Source: Vitreimonas sp. (GTDB lineage Bacteria; Pseudomonadota; Alphaproteobacteria; Caulobacterales; Aquidulcibacteraceae). Taken from it: 64,000 nucleotides of DNA. The stretch spans positions 5,254-69,253 of the forward strand of contig NZ_DASVYD010000045.1 of NCBI RefSeq assembly GCF_036392335.1, in the 5' to 3' direction. Under the pieces are notes generated by a model. It saw only the letters and a list, made by a program, of their open reading frames with translations. It did not search any database and was not told where the DNA came from. This document shows, piece after piece, positions 27,939-37,908 of the stretch. The position numbers and the translations under genes were made by a program. Position 1 is the stretch's first letter, and the number at the start of each line of letters is the position of its first letter.

Positions 27939-29348
27939 ATGGGCGCGACGAGCGAACATCGCCGCATCTGGGTCATGACCATCCGCCGCTTCGTGGAGCT
28001 GGCGTGGGCCGGCCATGGCCTTACCCGATACGCTTCCGTCACCGTTGTGCCGTTGCTCGTCGGCATGATCGTCCCGGGCCCCTGGTGGATTCCGTGCGCT
28101 ATCGGCGGGATCGCCGGCCTGATCGCCGATCACTTCGCGCAGCGGGCGTTCACGCGGCTTTCGGCGCGTCTGGATGCGCTGGACGACAAGGCGCTGCGGG
28201 GCGTGTTCGCCGGACACACGCTGGTGCTGGCCGTGGTCACGTTTTCCTATGTTGCGCCGTATGCGCTGTTGGCGCTGGCGCCGCAGCCCGGACCGCTGAT
28301 CGGGCTCATGTTCTCAGCCGGCGCGCTGATGATCTGCACCTCACTGCACATCATGACGCCGCGCATGATCTTCTTCACCTCTCCGCCCATCATCGTGTCG
28401 CTGATCGCCAACGGCTATGTGCTCGGCGGCGAGAGCGCGCTGTTGGGCGCGGCGCTGGCGGGCATCTTGGGCGGCAACGCCATCGTCATGGCGCGGGCGA
28501 ACGCCGGGAGCTTCCGGGATTTGATGAAAGCGCAGCTCAAGGCGGAGCAGGCAGCCGAAGAATTGGAGCGGCGGGTTGACGAGCGCACCGCGCAACTGGC
28601 GATCGCGACGCGGCGGGCGCAAACGGCCAACCGCGCGAAGTCGATGTTCTTGGCGAATATGAGCCATGAATTGCGGACGCCGCTCAACGCCGTGATCGGC
28701 TACGCGGAAATCGTGCAGGAAGACATCAAGAGCGGCGATACCGAGCAGTGCGCCGCTGATCTAGGCCGCATTCGCAACGCCGCAAGCCATTTGCTGGCGA
28801 TGATCACCGAGGTGCTGGACTTCTCCCGGATTGAAGCCGGCAAGGTTGAGCTTGCACCGACGACGTTCGATCTGGCGGCGTTGCTGCGCGCCGCCGCCGA
28901 TGACGTGCGTTTGGTCGCGGAAAAGAACAACACCCAGCTCAAGGTGACGGTCGCGCCCGCTGTCGCCAGCATCTTTGCGGATCAAACGCGCGTCCGCCAA
29001 TGTGTGCTCAATCTCATGTCCAACGCAGCAAAGTTCACACAGGACGGCGCGATTGAGGTGGAGGCCGGCCCCTGCCGCATCGACGGCGCGCCGGGCGTGG
29101 CGATTGTCGTGCGCGATACCGGGCAAGGCATCGCCCCGGAAGATTTGAAACGATTGTTTCAGCCGTTCGTGCAGGTCGACAACACCAACACGCGTGTCCA
29201 CGACGGCGCGGGGCTTGGGCTCGTCATCACGCGGCGGTTGGCGCGGGCGATGGGCGGCAATGTCGTGGCCGAAAGTGCGCCGGGCAAAGGCTCGACCTTT
29301 ACGCTCTATCTGCGCTCAACGCCGCGGGTGGTGGAGCAGGCGGCCTAA
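27939..29348 (+). CDS. membrane sensor histidine kinase (no adjacent response regulator)
   Basis: HisKA SHELRTPLNAVIGY; HATPase GAGLGLVITRRLARAMGG. GGAGGA lies 6 nt upstream of the ATG at 27939. The upstream part of the 726-aa ORF is antisense to dnaX. Confidence 0.8.
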   Translation: MGATSEHRRIWVMTIRRFVELAWAGHGLTRYASVTVVPLLVGMIVPGPWWIPCAIGGIAGLIADHFAQRAFTRLSARLDALDDKALRGVFAGHTLVLAVVTFSYVAPYALLALAPQPGPLIGLMFSAGALMICTSLHIMTPRMIFFTSPPIIVSLIANGYVLGGESALLGAALAGILGGNAIVMARANAGSFRDLMKAQLKAEQAAEELERRVDERTAQLAIATRRAQTANRAKSMFLANMSHELRTPLNAVIGYAEIVQEDIKSGDTEQCAADLGRIRNAASHLLAMITEVLDFSRIEAGKVELAPTTFDLAALLRAAADDVRLVAEKNNTQLKVTVAPAVASIFADQTRVRQCVLNLMSNAAKFTQDGAIEVEAGPCRIDGAPGVAIVVRDTGQGIAPEDLKRLFQPFVQVDNTNTRVHDGAGLGLVITRRLARAMGGNVVAESAPGKGSTFTLYLRSTPRVVEQAA

Positions 29349-29971
29349 CCGCCGAACACAAGCTTCACATAGGCGCGATATTGCATGATCTGTCGCGAGA
29401 GCACGGCGGGCTCGGCAAGCGATTTGCCCAGAATAATGCCGCCGTCCGCCACCGCTGAAAGCATGTCCGCCATGTCGTTGAGATCGACTTCGATCTTCGG
29501 CGGATAGCGTGCGGCGATGCGGTCCAGCCGTTCGCGGAAGCGCACGCGCCAGATGCGATGGCCTTCGGTCGTCATGCGGCGGACTTCCTGGCTGAACAGA
29601 TAGTCCTGATAGACATAAGACGCGACCAAGCAGCCGGGATGACCGTTGGGAATGTCGCTCATCAGGTCTGCGAACAGTTTCAGGAAGATCAGGAAGCTGT
29701 GCAGCGGGTCGTCGCTGAGCTCTTCAGCTTGACTAAAGAGGTCCTCAAAGACGCGCCATTCGTTGTCGAGATAACGCTGGAGCAGCGCCTTGGCGAGGTC
29801 GTTCTTATCGCGGAAGTGATAGAAGAAACCGCTCTTGGTGATGCCGGCTTCGCAGATGATCTCATCGAGCGATGTGCCGGCGAAGCCTTTGTGCAGCACC
29901 GCGTCCTGCGCGATGTCGAGCAGACGTTCGCGGGTTTGTTCGCCTTTGCTCAGTGCTTGAACTTGAACCAT
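29345..29971 (-). CDS. TetR/AcrR family transcriptional regulator (downstream paralogue)
   Basis: HTH GFAGTSLDEIICEAGITKSGFFYHFRDKNDL. Its start lies 1 nt after the stop of the upstream TetR. Confidence 0.85.
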   Translation of the reverse strand: MVQVQALSKGEQTRERLLDIAQDAVLHKGFAGTSLDEIICEAGITKSGFFYHFRDKNDLAKALLQRYLDNEWRVFEDLFSQAEELSDDPLHSFLIFLKLFADLMSDIPNGHPGCLVASYVYQDYLFSQEVRRMTTEGHRIWRVRFRERLDRIAARYPPKIEVDLNDMADMLSAVADGGIILGKSLAEPAVLSRQIMQYRAYVKLVFGG

Positions 29972-29972
29972 C

Positions 29973-30605
29973 TCATGCCTCCCGCGTCTCAAACGCGAGT
30001 CTCACGTAATTGCGATACGCCATGACTTGGCGTGCGAGCATTTCCTTCTCGTCGAGCGTGCGGCTCAGAATGATGCCGCCTTCCACGATCGCCGTGCACA
30101 TATCGGCAAGCGCCTCGATATCCACGCCGGGGCGCGGCGGATAGCGCTTGGCGATCTCTTGCAGGCGAACCTGAATGCGGGCGCGCCACGCGCGGACGCC
30201 TTCAGCATTCAAATCGCGAATATCACGGCTGAATTGCTGATCCTGGTAGCAGAACGAGGCGACGATGCAGCCTGGATGCGTGTTGGGCAGATCGGCCAGC
30301 AGGTCGGCGAAGAATTTGAGGCCGATCAGGAAGCCGTGCAAGGGATCGTCGGTGAGTTCGGACGACCGCACGAACATGTCGTCGATGATGTCGTTGTGCC
30401 GGTCGATGTACCGACGCAGCAAAGCTTGGGCGAGATCGTTCTTGTCGCGGAAATGATAAAAGAACCCGCTCTTGGTGAGGCCGGCGGCGGCGATCAATTC
30501 CTCGATCGTGGTCGCGCCAAAGCCCTTCTGCAGGACGGCTTTCTCGGCCAAATCCAGCAGGCGCTCACGCGTTGCCTCGCCTTTGCTCAGAACCTTCACG
30601 CTCAT
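29973..30605 (-). CDS. TetR/AcrR family transcriptional regulator (upstream paralogue)
   Basis: HTH GFGATTIEELIAAAGLTKSGFFYHFRDKNDL. Start taken at MSVKVLSKGE. Confidence 0.85.
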   Translation of the reverse strand: MSVKVLSKGEATRERLLDLAEKAVLQKGFGATTIEELIAAAGLTKSGFFYHFRDKNDLAQALLRRYIDRHNDIIDDMFVRSSELTDDPLHGFLIGLKFFADLLADLPNTHPGCIVASFCYQDQQFSRDIRDLNAEGVRAWRARIQVRLQEIAKRYPPRPGVDIEALADMCTAIVEGGIILSRTLDEKEMLARQVMAYRNYVRLAFETREA

Positions 30606-30814
30606 CGTCAAAACCGTACCACAAGTACTGTACCAACAGTGCACTTCTCACGCGTTCGTCATTAGCGAAATCGCCGCTGCAACACCTGTGACGCGCGTAA
30701 CGTCGTTATTTTGAAGCGCTTTTTAGAAAACGCAGGCGCCGCACCACGAGTTTTCTATCGAGCGGGACGGCGCGCCGATACACCTCGCGACATCCCGAAC
30801 GCAAGTGTTTGGGC

Positions 30815-30940
30815 ATGAAACGAAGGAAAGGGACAATGTCACGCGGCCTCACGCTCTTGGTTTCGATCGTGGTCTTTTGGCACGGCGCATTCGCACTGCT
30901 TGGCCATGACCTGACCAGCCTCATGCTTTCCTTCGCTTGA
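30815..30940 (+). CDS. possible small membrane peptide (41 aa, or 34 aa from the ATG at 30836)
   Basis: MKRRKGTMSRGLTLLVSIVVFWHGAFALLGHDLTSLMLSFA: a basic N-terminus plus one TM segment. AGGAAAGGGA precedes the second ATG. Too short for the ORF track. Confidence 0.25.
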   Translation: MKRRKGTMSRGLTLLVSIVVFWHGAFALLGHDLTSLMLSFA

Positions 30941-30995
30941 CCTGAACCACACAGCCGAAGCCTCTCGGCGCGGCGCCCCGAATTGGAGAAATCCC

Positions 30996-32333
30996 ATGTT
31001 GAAAGACCGTTACGGCAATCCCGCTTCGACCAAGTCAGAAGCCGCTATGGCCAAGTACAACGAAGCGCTGGACCTCATCCGTCTCTACCGCGGCGACCCG
31101 ATCGCGGCGCTCGATGACGCGATCGCCGCCGATCCTGATTTTGGCGGCGCCTGGGCCGCCCGAGCCGGCTTGCTGGTGCAGCAGACCGACAAGGCTTACG
31201 CGGACGAGGCGGCCAAGAGCATCCGCGCCGGCGCCGAGGCGAATTTGAACGATCGCGAGCGGCTGCATCTCAGGGCGGCCCAGGATTGGGCTGAGGGGCG
31301 CTATAGCGACGGCACAATGCGGCTGGCGCGCATAGCCCAGGAACATCCGCGCGATGTGCTGGCGCTGCAATATGCGCATGTCGGCTGCTTCTTCCTCGGT
31401 ATGCAGAGCGAATTGCGCGACTGGCCCTTGCAGGCGCTGCGCGCATTCAAAAGCGGGGAAGACGGGTACAGCTACATTCAAGGCATGGCCGCATTCGGTC
31501 TGGAGGAATGCGGCGATTATGCGCGCGCGGACATCTATGGCCGTCAGGCCGTCGCGACCAACCCGCGCGACGGTTGGGCCGTGCATGCGGTGGCGCACGT
31601 CAACGAAATGCGCGGCGATCTTGAGGCCGGCATTCCCTGGCTTGCGGACAACGCTCAGCACTGGGCGCCGGAGAGCGGTTTCGCCTATCACAATTGGTGG
31701 CACCTCGGATTGCTCTATCTCGACCAGGGCGACACCGCGAAAGTGCTGAAGCTGTTCGACGAGAAAGTGCGCCCCGATCCGAACGCGCAGGTCGTGCTCG
31801 AGTGGATCGACGCCTCGGCGATGCTGTGGCGCCTGCACCTCGAAGGTGTCGATGTTGGCCCACGCTTCGAACAATTGGCGACGTGCTGGCAGCGCGCGGG
31901 CGAGGACGCGTTCTACGCGTTCAACGATCTGCATGCGATCATGGCTTTCCTAGGCGCCGGCCGCGCCACCGACGCAGAGCGCACATTGAAGGCGATGCGT
32001 CGCGCGGCCGCCGATGGCGGCGACAACGCGTACATGACGCGCAAGGTCGGACTGCCGCTGGCGGAGGCTTTCATCGCGTTCGAAGCCGGCCGCTATGACG
32101 AGTGCGTGGAGAAGATCATGTCCACGCGCGGCATCGCACAACGCTTCGGCGGCAGTCATGCGCAGCGCGATATCCTGACGCTCACGGCGCTGCACGCGGC
32201 GCTGCGCGGCGGCTTGGCGTCAACCGCGGAAGCGATCGCGGCGGAGCGTTTGGCGCACAAGCCGCAAAGTCCTTGGGCGGGGCGCCTTGCGCGCCAAGCT
32301 CGCGAGCTGAGCGCCAAACAGCGCGCAGCTTGA
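30996..32333 (+). CDS. tetratricopeptide repeat protein (TTC38-like)
   Basis: 445-aa all-helical TPR-like sequence. GGAGAA SD. Confidence 0.75.
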   Translation: MLKDRYGNPASTKSEAAMAKYNEALDLIRLYRGDPIAALDDAIAADPDFGGAWAARAGLLVQQTDKAYADEAAKSIRAGAEANLNDRERLHLRAAQDWAEGRYSDGTMRLARIAQEHPRDVLALQYAHVGCFFLGMQSELRDWPLQALRAFKSGEDGYSYIQGMAAFGLEECGDYARADIYGRQAVATNPRDGWAVHAVAHVNEMRGDLEAGIPWLADNAQHWAPESGFAYHNWWHLGLLYLDQGDTAKVLKLFDEKVRPDPNAQVVLEWIDASAMLWRLHLEGVDVGPRFEQLATCWQRAGEDAFYAFNDLHAIMAFLGAGRATDAERTLKAMRRAAADGGDNAYMTRKVGLPLAEAFIAFEAGRYDECVEKIMSTRGIAQRFGGSHAQRDILTLTALHAALRGGLASTAEAIAAERLAHKPQSPWAGRLARQARELSAKQRAA

Positions 32334-32391
32334 TCCGAACCGGCGGCGGGCCCTTACGCCTGCCCCAAGCCCGCCGCCGGTTCTTGCTTTT

Positions 32392-33243
32392 TTGAGAATG
32401 GAGATTGGTCCGATGATTTCGGATTGCGCCTTCGTGCGCCTGAACAATGGTTTGCGTCTGGCTTATGTGGAGCAAGGATCCCGCGATGGCGTCGCCGTGC
32501 TCCTGCTGCACGGGTATTCCGACACGCACCGCTCGTACGACTTGGTGCGGCCGCTCCTACCGCGCGCGTGGCGCGTCATCGCCGTGACGCAGCGCGGGCA
32601 CGGTCATTCGGACAAGCCGCAGAGCGATTACGCAATGGACGATTTCGCCGGCGACGTGCCGGCGCTGCTTGATGCGCTGGGCATTGAACGCGCCGTATTG
32701 GTTGGCCATTCGATGGGCGCGGCTGTGGCGTTGCGCGTGGCGGCCGAACATGCCGACCGCGTGGCGGGACTGGCGCTGGTGAACGGCTTCGCCGATTTTC
32801 GCGGCAATGCGGGCGCGAAAGAGCTCTTTGATCTCGTCGAGAGCTTTGGCGAACAGCTCGATCCGGTGTTCGTGCGCAGTTTTCAGGCGAGCACGATCGC
32901 CACGCCGATGTCGCAGGGCTTCATTGAATTCGTCAGCAACGAGAGCATGCGGTGCCCGCCGCGCGCTTGGAAGGGCGCGGCCCAGGCGATGCTGTCATGC
33001 GATCCGCTCGCGGACGCGGCGCGCGTCAAGGCGCCAAGCATGCTGATCTGGGGCGACAAGGACGAGTTCGTGCCGCGCGCGGATCAGCACGCGTTGCGCC
33101 GGGCGCTGCCGGGGGCGCGATTGGTGACGCTGAGCGGCGCCGGCCATGCGCCGCACTGGGAGCGGACGGCGGACACGGCGGCGAGTTTGCGCGCTTTCAT
33201 CGCCGATATCGATGAGCCGGCCCGCTACGCATATGTGGGGTAG
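32392..33243 (+). CDS. alpha/beta hydrolase
   Basis: HGYSD oxyanion region and nucleophile elbow GHSMGAAVAL. Start uncertain (32392, 32398 or 32413). Confidence 0.85.
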   Translation: MRMEIGPMISDCAFVRLNNGLRLAYVEQGSRDGVAVLLLHGYSDTHRSYDLVRPLLPRAWRVIAVTQRGHGHSDKPQSDYAMDDFAGDVPALLDALGIERAVLVGHSMGAAVALRVAAEHADRVAGLALVNGFADFRGNAGAKELFDLVESFGEQLDPVFVRSFQASTIATPMSQGFIEFVSNESMRCPPRAWKGAAQAMLSCDPLADAARVKAPSMLIWGDKDEFVPRADQHALRRALPGARLVTLSGAGHAPHWERTADTAASLRAFIADIDEPARYAYVG

Positions 33244-33457
33244 GAAGTGCAGACAGGACGACGACCCGTACGCAACCCGTTACGGCTGCTTCCTTCCGGA
33301 CCTGACCGGGTTGGCGGGGCGGCCGTCCGCCGCCTGCCTGCGAGGGTCATATCGCCGCTCGCATGAACCGGCGCAAGGCCGGAACTGACCCCGACATGCG
33401 GCGTTTTCTCTCCGTCAGCCACATCGGAGAGGCCGCGCACGGCGCGCGGAAACGCAA

Positions 33458-33784
33458 ATGTTGCGAACCCTGGTTTTTACCCTGGCATTGACCCTGCCTA
33501 GTCTGGCGGGGGCGCAGCAAATGCGCGAGCAATTCCCGGATTCGCCGCTTGGCCTTGAAGTGCGCGGCCATGACGGCGCGGTGCTCGGCCGGGTGACCCA
33601 TGTGGAGCGCGACCGCCACGGCAATATCGTTGCTGTGGAAATTCCTGGCTTGGAGCCAGGCGACGCGCCGGCGGCGTCGGATGATCTGGTGGCTGAGAAC
33701 GATCGCCGTCTGATCGCCCCGGATCGTCAGCGTTTGGCGCGCCAGCGCGTGCTTGCGGGTAATGTTGTCACCCGCACGCAGTAA
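33458..33784 (+). CDS. secreted PRC-barrel-like protein
   Basis: Signal peptide ...PSLAGA|QQ. LEVRGHDGAVLGRVTHVERDRHGNIVAVEI resembles a PRC barrel. Confidence 0.5.
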   Translation: MLRTLVFTLALTLPSLAGAQQMREQFPDSPLGLEVRGHDGAVLGRVTHVERDRHGNIVAVEIPGLEPGDAPAASDDLVAENDRRLIAPDRQRLARQRVLAGNVVTRTQ

Positions 33785-33843
33785 GCAGCTGCATCAGCTG
33801 AACGATTGGACCACAATGCAGGCAAAGCATTGGAGGCTGGTCG

Positions 33844-34239
33844 ATGGCAGGAGCGCATGTGCGCGCGAAATTGAGCGCGCCCAACTACAAGGTCGAAATC
33901 AACGCCAACGCGCATGCGCTCATCGCAGATGAGCCCGCCGAATTAGGCGGCGGCGACGCTGGCCCGTCGCCCTTTGCGCTTGTGCTGTCGGGCTTGAGCG
34001 GCTGCACCTTGATCACGCTTAAGATGTACGCCGATCGCAAAGCCATGCCGCTCGAAGGGCTGGATGTGGATCTGCGCCTGCATGCGGGTGAGCCGAAGCG
34101 GCGGATCGAGCGCGTCGTCACCGTGCGCGGGCCGTTGAGCGACGAGCAGATAGGGCGATTGCGCGAGATCGTCGAACGCACGCCGGTGACACTGGCGCTG
34201 CTCAATGGATTTGAGATCAATACCCAGCTCGGTGCTTAG
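33844..34239 (+). CDS. OsmC family protein
   Basis: GPSPFALVLSGLSGCTLITLKMYA motif. GGAGG SD. Confidence 0.85.
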   Translation: MAGAHVRAKLSAPNYKVEINANAHALIADEPAELGGGDAGPSPFALVLSGLSGCTLITLKMYADRKAMPLEGLDVDLRLHAGEPKRRIERVVTVRGPLSDEQIGRLREIVERTPVTLALLNGFEINTQLGA

Positions 34240-34739
34240 CGCCGCAGCAACGGCAGCCCCGCGAACACGAACCCCGCGCCAAACAGAATGCCGGCGACCA
34301 TGAAGGCATAGTCGGGCAAGGGCGCGGGCAGCATGCCGAGAACGCCTGCGGCCAGGGCCGCGCCAAACCAGCAGAGCGGCGGCGCTAGCGGTTTTTCCTT
34401 TGCCCGCAGCCAGGCGATACTCAGGCCGATCAACGCGATCATAAGCGTGGCGGCCCCTTGCTCGTAGGTGCTGAAGCCGAACGGATCAGCATCCGGTCCG
34501 CCGATAAAGGACAGCGCGGCCATGGCGATGGCGAAGCTCATGAGTCCGAGGAAGCCCAATTTATCCGAGCGCGAAACGTAAATGCCGATCAGTCCGAGCG
34601 TCAGCAGAATATCGATGATGACCCAAAGCCATTGCTGTTGGATCGGGTCGGCGCTGAGCGGCAAGGCCGAGACGATGCGGAGCGCGCCGCCAGCGATGGC
34701 GGATGCGCCGGAAAGGCGAAAGAGTTGCACGGCATTCAT
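34236..34739 (-). CDS. membrane protein, about 5 TM helices, function unknown
   Basis: Hydrophobic throughout. Start taken at MNAVQLFRL. The stop interlocks with the OsmC stop. Confidence 0.6.
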   Translation of the reverse strand: MNAVQLFRLSGASAIAGGALRIVSALPLSADPIQQQWLWVIIDILLTLGLIGIYVSRSDKLGFLGLMSFAIAMAALSFIGGPDADPFGFSTYEQGAATLMIALIGLSIAWLRAKEKPLAPPLCWFGAALAAGVLGMLPAPLPDYAFMVAGILFGAGFVFAGLPLLRR

Positions 34740-34848
34740 GCGCGGGAACCTGACGCGCGACGCGCGGCTGTTCAACCGTTTGCAGAATGCGGAAAAGAAC
34801 GGGCTCGGTGCGCCGAGCCCGTTGCGACGTGAAGCTGGACGTGGGTGC

Positions 34849-35595
34849 TTACGAGCCGCTTTCCGGCGTGGTTGTCGGCGTCTCCGTGGGCGCGGTTGTG
34901 TTGGCCGTCGGCGTCGTCGCGGCGGCGACCCCGACGAAGCTCATGCGCACATCGAGGCGACCAGTGTTGGAGGCTTCGGCGTCGGCGTTCGCTTCCTGAG
35001 CGATGACAATCCGGTCTTCCGGCACTCCTTGCGCAATCAGCGTCGTCCGTACGGCGCTGGCGCGGCGGGTGGAGGTGGCGCCGCTGGCGCTGTCCACGAT
35101 CTGCACTTGCTGGAGGTTGCAGACCGAGGCGGCGTCCACGGCATGCTCAAGGGCGTTGCGGTTTTGCTGACTGAGCGCACTGCCGCGTGCGCCGAAATGC
35201 ACCGATGTGACCCGTGGTTGGCATACGGCGCTGGCGCTGGCAGGGATGGGGGCAGGTGGCGTCCGCGCGGAGGCGCTCGCGGCCGTTCCGCCGGCTATTG
35301 CCGCGTTAGGTTCGGCCGGAGAGGCCGCCATCGCCGCGGCCGATTGGGCGGCTTCCGCGGGCGTTTCGGCGCTGGCCTGGGCTTCCGCCTCCGCTTGGGT
35401 CTCGGCGCGGACCGAGCCTTCGGGCGTTTGCACATTGGCTTCCGCCGCCCCCGTCAGGGCTGCATCGGGATCAAGGGGCGTTTCGGCTGTAATCGGCGGC
35501 GTGGCCGGGACGGCGTTGGGCAGGTCTTGAGCGGTCGCGGGGCCAGCTAAGGCCAATCCGGCCGCGGCCACGGTCACCAGAAGCATGTTGCGCAT
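34849..35595 (-). CDS. secreted Ala/Glu/Thr/Pro-rich protein with a degenerate OmpA-like C-terminal domain
   Basis: Signal peptide ...LAGPATA|[24 protein letters not shown]...[20 protein letters not shown] resembles an OmpA_C-like fold. Confidence 0.6.
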   Translation of the reverse strand: MRNMLLVTVAAAGLALAGPATAQDLPNAVPATPPITAETPLDPDAALTGAAEANVQTPEGSVRAETQAEAEAQASAETPAEAAQSAAAMAASPAEPNAAIAGGTAASASARTPPAPIPASASAVCQPRVTSVHFGARGSALSQQNRNALEHAVDAASVCNLQQVQIVDSASGATSTRRASAVRTTLIAQGVPEDRIVIAQEANADAEASNTGRLDVRMSFVGVAAATTPTANTTAPTETPTTTPESGS

Positions 35596-35741
35596 GGGGA
35601 GGGCTCCTGAAGGAAACAAAAAGGGCGCCGACTGCCGCCGTGCGCCCCCAACCGAAGCCAACGCGGGCTGAGGCTGCCAGTTCCTGTTCCCACACGGCGC
35701 GTTTGCTTGACGCGGCGCTCGGCTCTTCATACCTGCAGGGC

Positions 35742-36254
35742 ATGGCCATTCGCCCCATTCTCGTCGCGCCCGATCCGCGCCTGAAGCAAAAATCCCTTCC
35801 GGTTGAAGGGCCCGTCACGGATGCGCATCGCCGCCTCATGGATGACATGCTGGAAACGATGTATGACGCGCCAGGCATTGGCTTGGCCGCGATCCAGATC
35901 GGCGAGCCGTTGCGCATTATCGTGATGGACTTGGCGCGCGAAGATGAGCCCAAGGCGCCGCGCTATTTCGTGAACCCGGAAATTCTCTGGGCGTCCGAGG
36001 ACGTCGTCCCCTACGAGGAAGGCTGCCTTTCCGTGCCGGATTATTACGATGACGTGGAACGCCCGCGTCACGTGAAGATTCGTTACATGGATTATCACGG
36101 CAAGCTGATCGAGGAGGACGCCGAAGGCCTCTATGCGGTGTGTATCCAGCATGAGATGGATCACCTCGAAGGCGTGCTCTTTATCGATCACCTTTCGCGC
36201 CTGAAGCGTGAGAAGGCGCTCAACAAATTGAAGAAGCAGCGCCGCGCGCTTTAA
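35742..36254 (+). CDS. def: peptide deformylase
   Basis: [17 protein letters not shown] and QHEMDHLEG motifs. Confidence 0.9.
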   Translation: MAIRPILVAPDPRLKQKSLPVEGPVTDAHRRLMDDMLETMYDAPGIGLAAIQIGEPLRIIVMDLAREDEPKAPRYFVNPEILWASEDVVPYEEGCLSVPDYYDDVERPRHVKIRYMDYHGKLIEEDAEGLYAVCIQHEMDHLEGVLFIDHLSRLKREKALNKLKKQRRAL

Positions 36255-36284
36255 TCCCGTCCCGCCGTCGTGCATGAGGAACGC

Positions 36285-37205
36285 ATGACGCTTCGCCTTG
36301 CCTTTATGGGGTCGCCCGCTTTTGCGTTGCCAGCCTTGGCGGCGTTGCTTGAGGCTGGCCATGACATCGCGTGCGTCTATTCGCAGCCGCCGCGTCCAGC
36401 TGGGCGCGGCAAGCAGGAGCGGCCGACGCCGGTGCATGCGTTCGCGGCGGAGCGCGGGCTTGAGGTGCGTACGCCGAAAAGCTTGAAGCGCGCTGAGGAG
36501 CAGGAGGCGTTCGCCGCGCTCAAGCTCGATGCGGCGATCGTGGTGGCGTATGGGCTCATTCTGCCGAAGGCGATCCTCGATGCGCCGCGCCTCGGCGCGT
36601 TCAATCTGCATGGCTCGTTGCTGCCGCGTTGGCGGGGGGCGGCGCCTATTCAACGCGCCATCATGGCCGGCGATCGGGTGACGGGCGTGCAGGTGATGCG
36701 CATGGAAGAAGGGCTCGACACGGGGCCGGTGCTCGCCACGGCTGAAACGCCGATTGATGTCGATGACACCACGTCTTCGCTTCACGATCGTTTGGCGGCC
36801 TTGGGCGCGCCGCTTCTGGTGGAGGCGCTCGCGAAGGTCGAACGCGGCGAAGCGGTCGCTGTGCCGCAAAGCGAGGAAGGCGTCACATACGCGCACAAGA
36901 TCACCCCCGCCGAAACGCGCATCGATTGGACCTGCCCCGCGCGCGAGATCGATTGCATGATCCGCGGCCTCTCGCCCGCGCCCGGCGCATGGTTTGAGCT
37001 GAACGGCGCGCGCATGAAGGTGCTGCATTCGCGGCTGGGCATGGGGAAGGGCGCGCCAGGCGAAGTTTTGGACGACAATCTGCTGATCGCGTGCGGAGAT
37101 GGCGCGGTGCGCTTGCTCAAGGTGCAGCGCGAAGGCCGGGCGCCGCTTGAAGCGCAGACTTTTTTGCGGGGCCAACCCGTTCCTGCCGGTTCCAAGCTGT
37201 CCTAA
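36285..37205 (+). CDS. fmt: methionyl-tRNA formyltransferase
   Basis: [18 protein letters not shown] motif. Follows def. The ATG at 36270 is an alternative start. Confidence 0.9.
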   Translation: MTLRLAFMGSPAFALPALAALLEAGHDIACVYSQPPRPAGRGKQERPTPVHAFAAERGLEVRTPKSLKRAEEQEAFAALKLDAAIVVAYGLILPKAILDAPRLGAFNLHGSLLPRWRGAAPIQRAIMAGDRVTGVQVMRMEEGLDTGPVLATAETPIDVDDTTSSLHDRLAALGAPLLVEALAKVERGEAVAVPQSEEGVTYAHKITPAETRIDWTCPAREIDCMIRGLSPAPGAWFELNGARMKVLHSRLGMGKGAPGEVLDDNLLIACGDGAVRLLKVQREGRAPLEAQTFLRGQPVPAGSKLS

Positions 37206-37263
37206 AGCTACATTGAAGCAATGCTGGCTGGCGGCTAGGTTTCCGCGCAGCGGAGGGTAATTC

Positions 37264-37836
37264 ATGCGTGTTCGCATCGCTCTTGTGGCTTTGGCGCTGG
37301 CGCTTGCTGGCTGTAATCCGCCGTCGTCGCCAGGCGAGGCGGACGGCTCCGAGGCGCCATCGCTCGATGCGCCGGCCCCGGAGAGCGAACCCTCGCGGGT
37401 GTTCGCCGCCGTCAATGACGCCGCACGCGGCGCCACGGGCGAACTCAACGTATCGCTCGCCCTGCGCATGCCGGACGCCGCGCAAGAGAACGCAGAGGCG
37501 CGCGAAATTCTAACGTTGCGCGGCTCCAACGATTTGGTTGTTGAAGCCGAGATCAACGGGGCGGTGTCGCCGGCGACGCAAGTTGGCGGGCAGACGCTGC
37601 GCGCGTTGCTGAGCATTCCAGTCGAGGAGCCGCAAGTGCTCGTCTATCGCGTGATGCAAGAAACCAAGCCGTCGAACGGCCAAGGGCTGTGCGGCGCCGA
37701 TGCGCCGTCCTTCATTGTCGTTTGGGAGCCGTCGGGGCCGGGCGACGGCGGCATGAAAGTGCTCGGCCTCACCGGCGGGGCGCCTGGCGCGGAAGGCGCG
37801 CGGGCGTGTCCGATGCTGGAGTATAATCGCTCGTAG
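37264..37836 (+). CDS. lipoprotein, function unknown
   Basis: Lipobox LALAGC. GGAGGG SD. Confidence 0.65.
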   Translation: MRVRIALVALALALAGCNPPSSPGEADGSEAPSLDAPAPESEPSRVFAAVNDAARGATGELNVSLALRMPDAAQENAEAREILTLRGSNDLVVEAEINGAVSPATQVGGQTLRALLSIPVEEPQVLVYRVMQETKPSNGQGLCGADAPSFIVVWEPSGPGDGGMKVLGLTGGAPGAEGARACPMLEYNRS

Positions 37837-37844
37837 GGGAAATA

Positions 37845-37902
37845 GGGCAATACGGCAGTGGGGATTGGGAATCCTATTGCCTAATGCCCACTGCCCATTG
37901 CC
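37845..37902. repeat. A/T-richer compound hairpin GGGCAAT-ac-GGCAGTGGG ... CCCACTGCC-c-ATTGCC
   Basis: 6+9 bp arms with an inner GGATT/AATCC hairpin. Fills the lipoprotein-truA spacer. Confidence 0.5.
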
Positions 37903-37908
37903 TCAAAC

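Noticed and set aside
30615-30645. TetR operator in CCGTACCACAAGTACTGTACCAACAGTGCAC
   Set aside because: Only short symmetric elements are present (AGTACT; ACTGT-acca-ACAGT). That is not strong enough to call without binding data.
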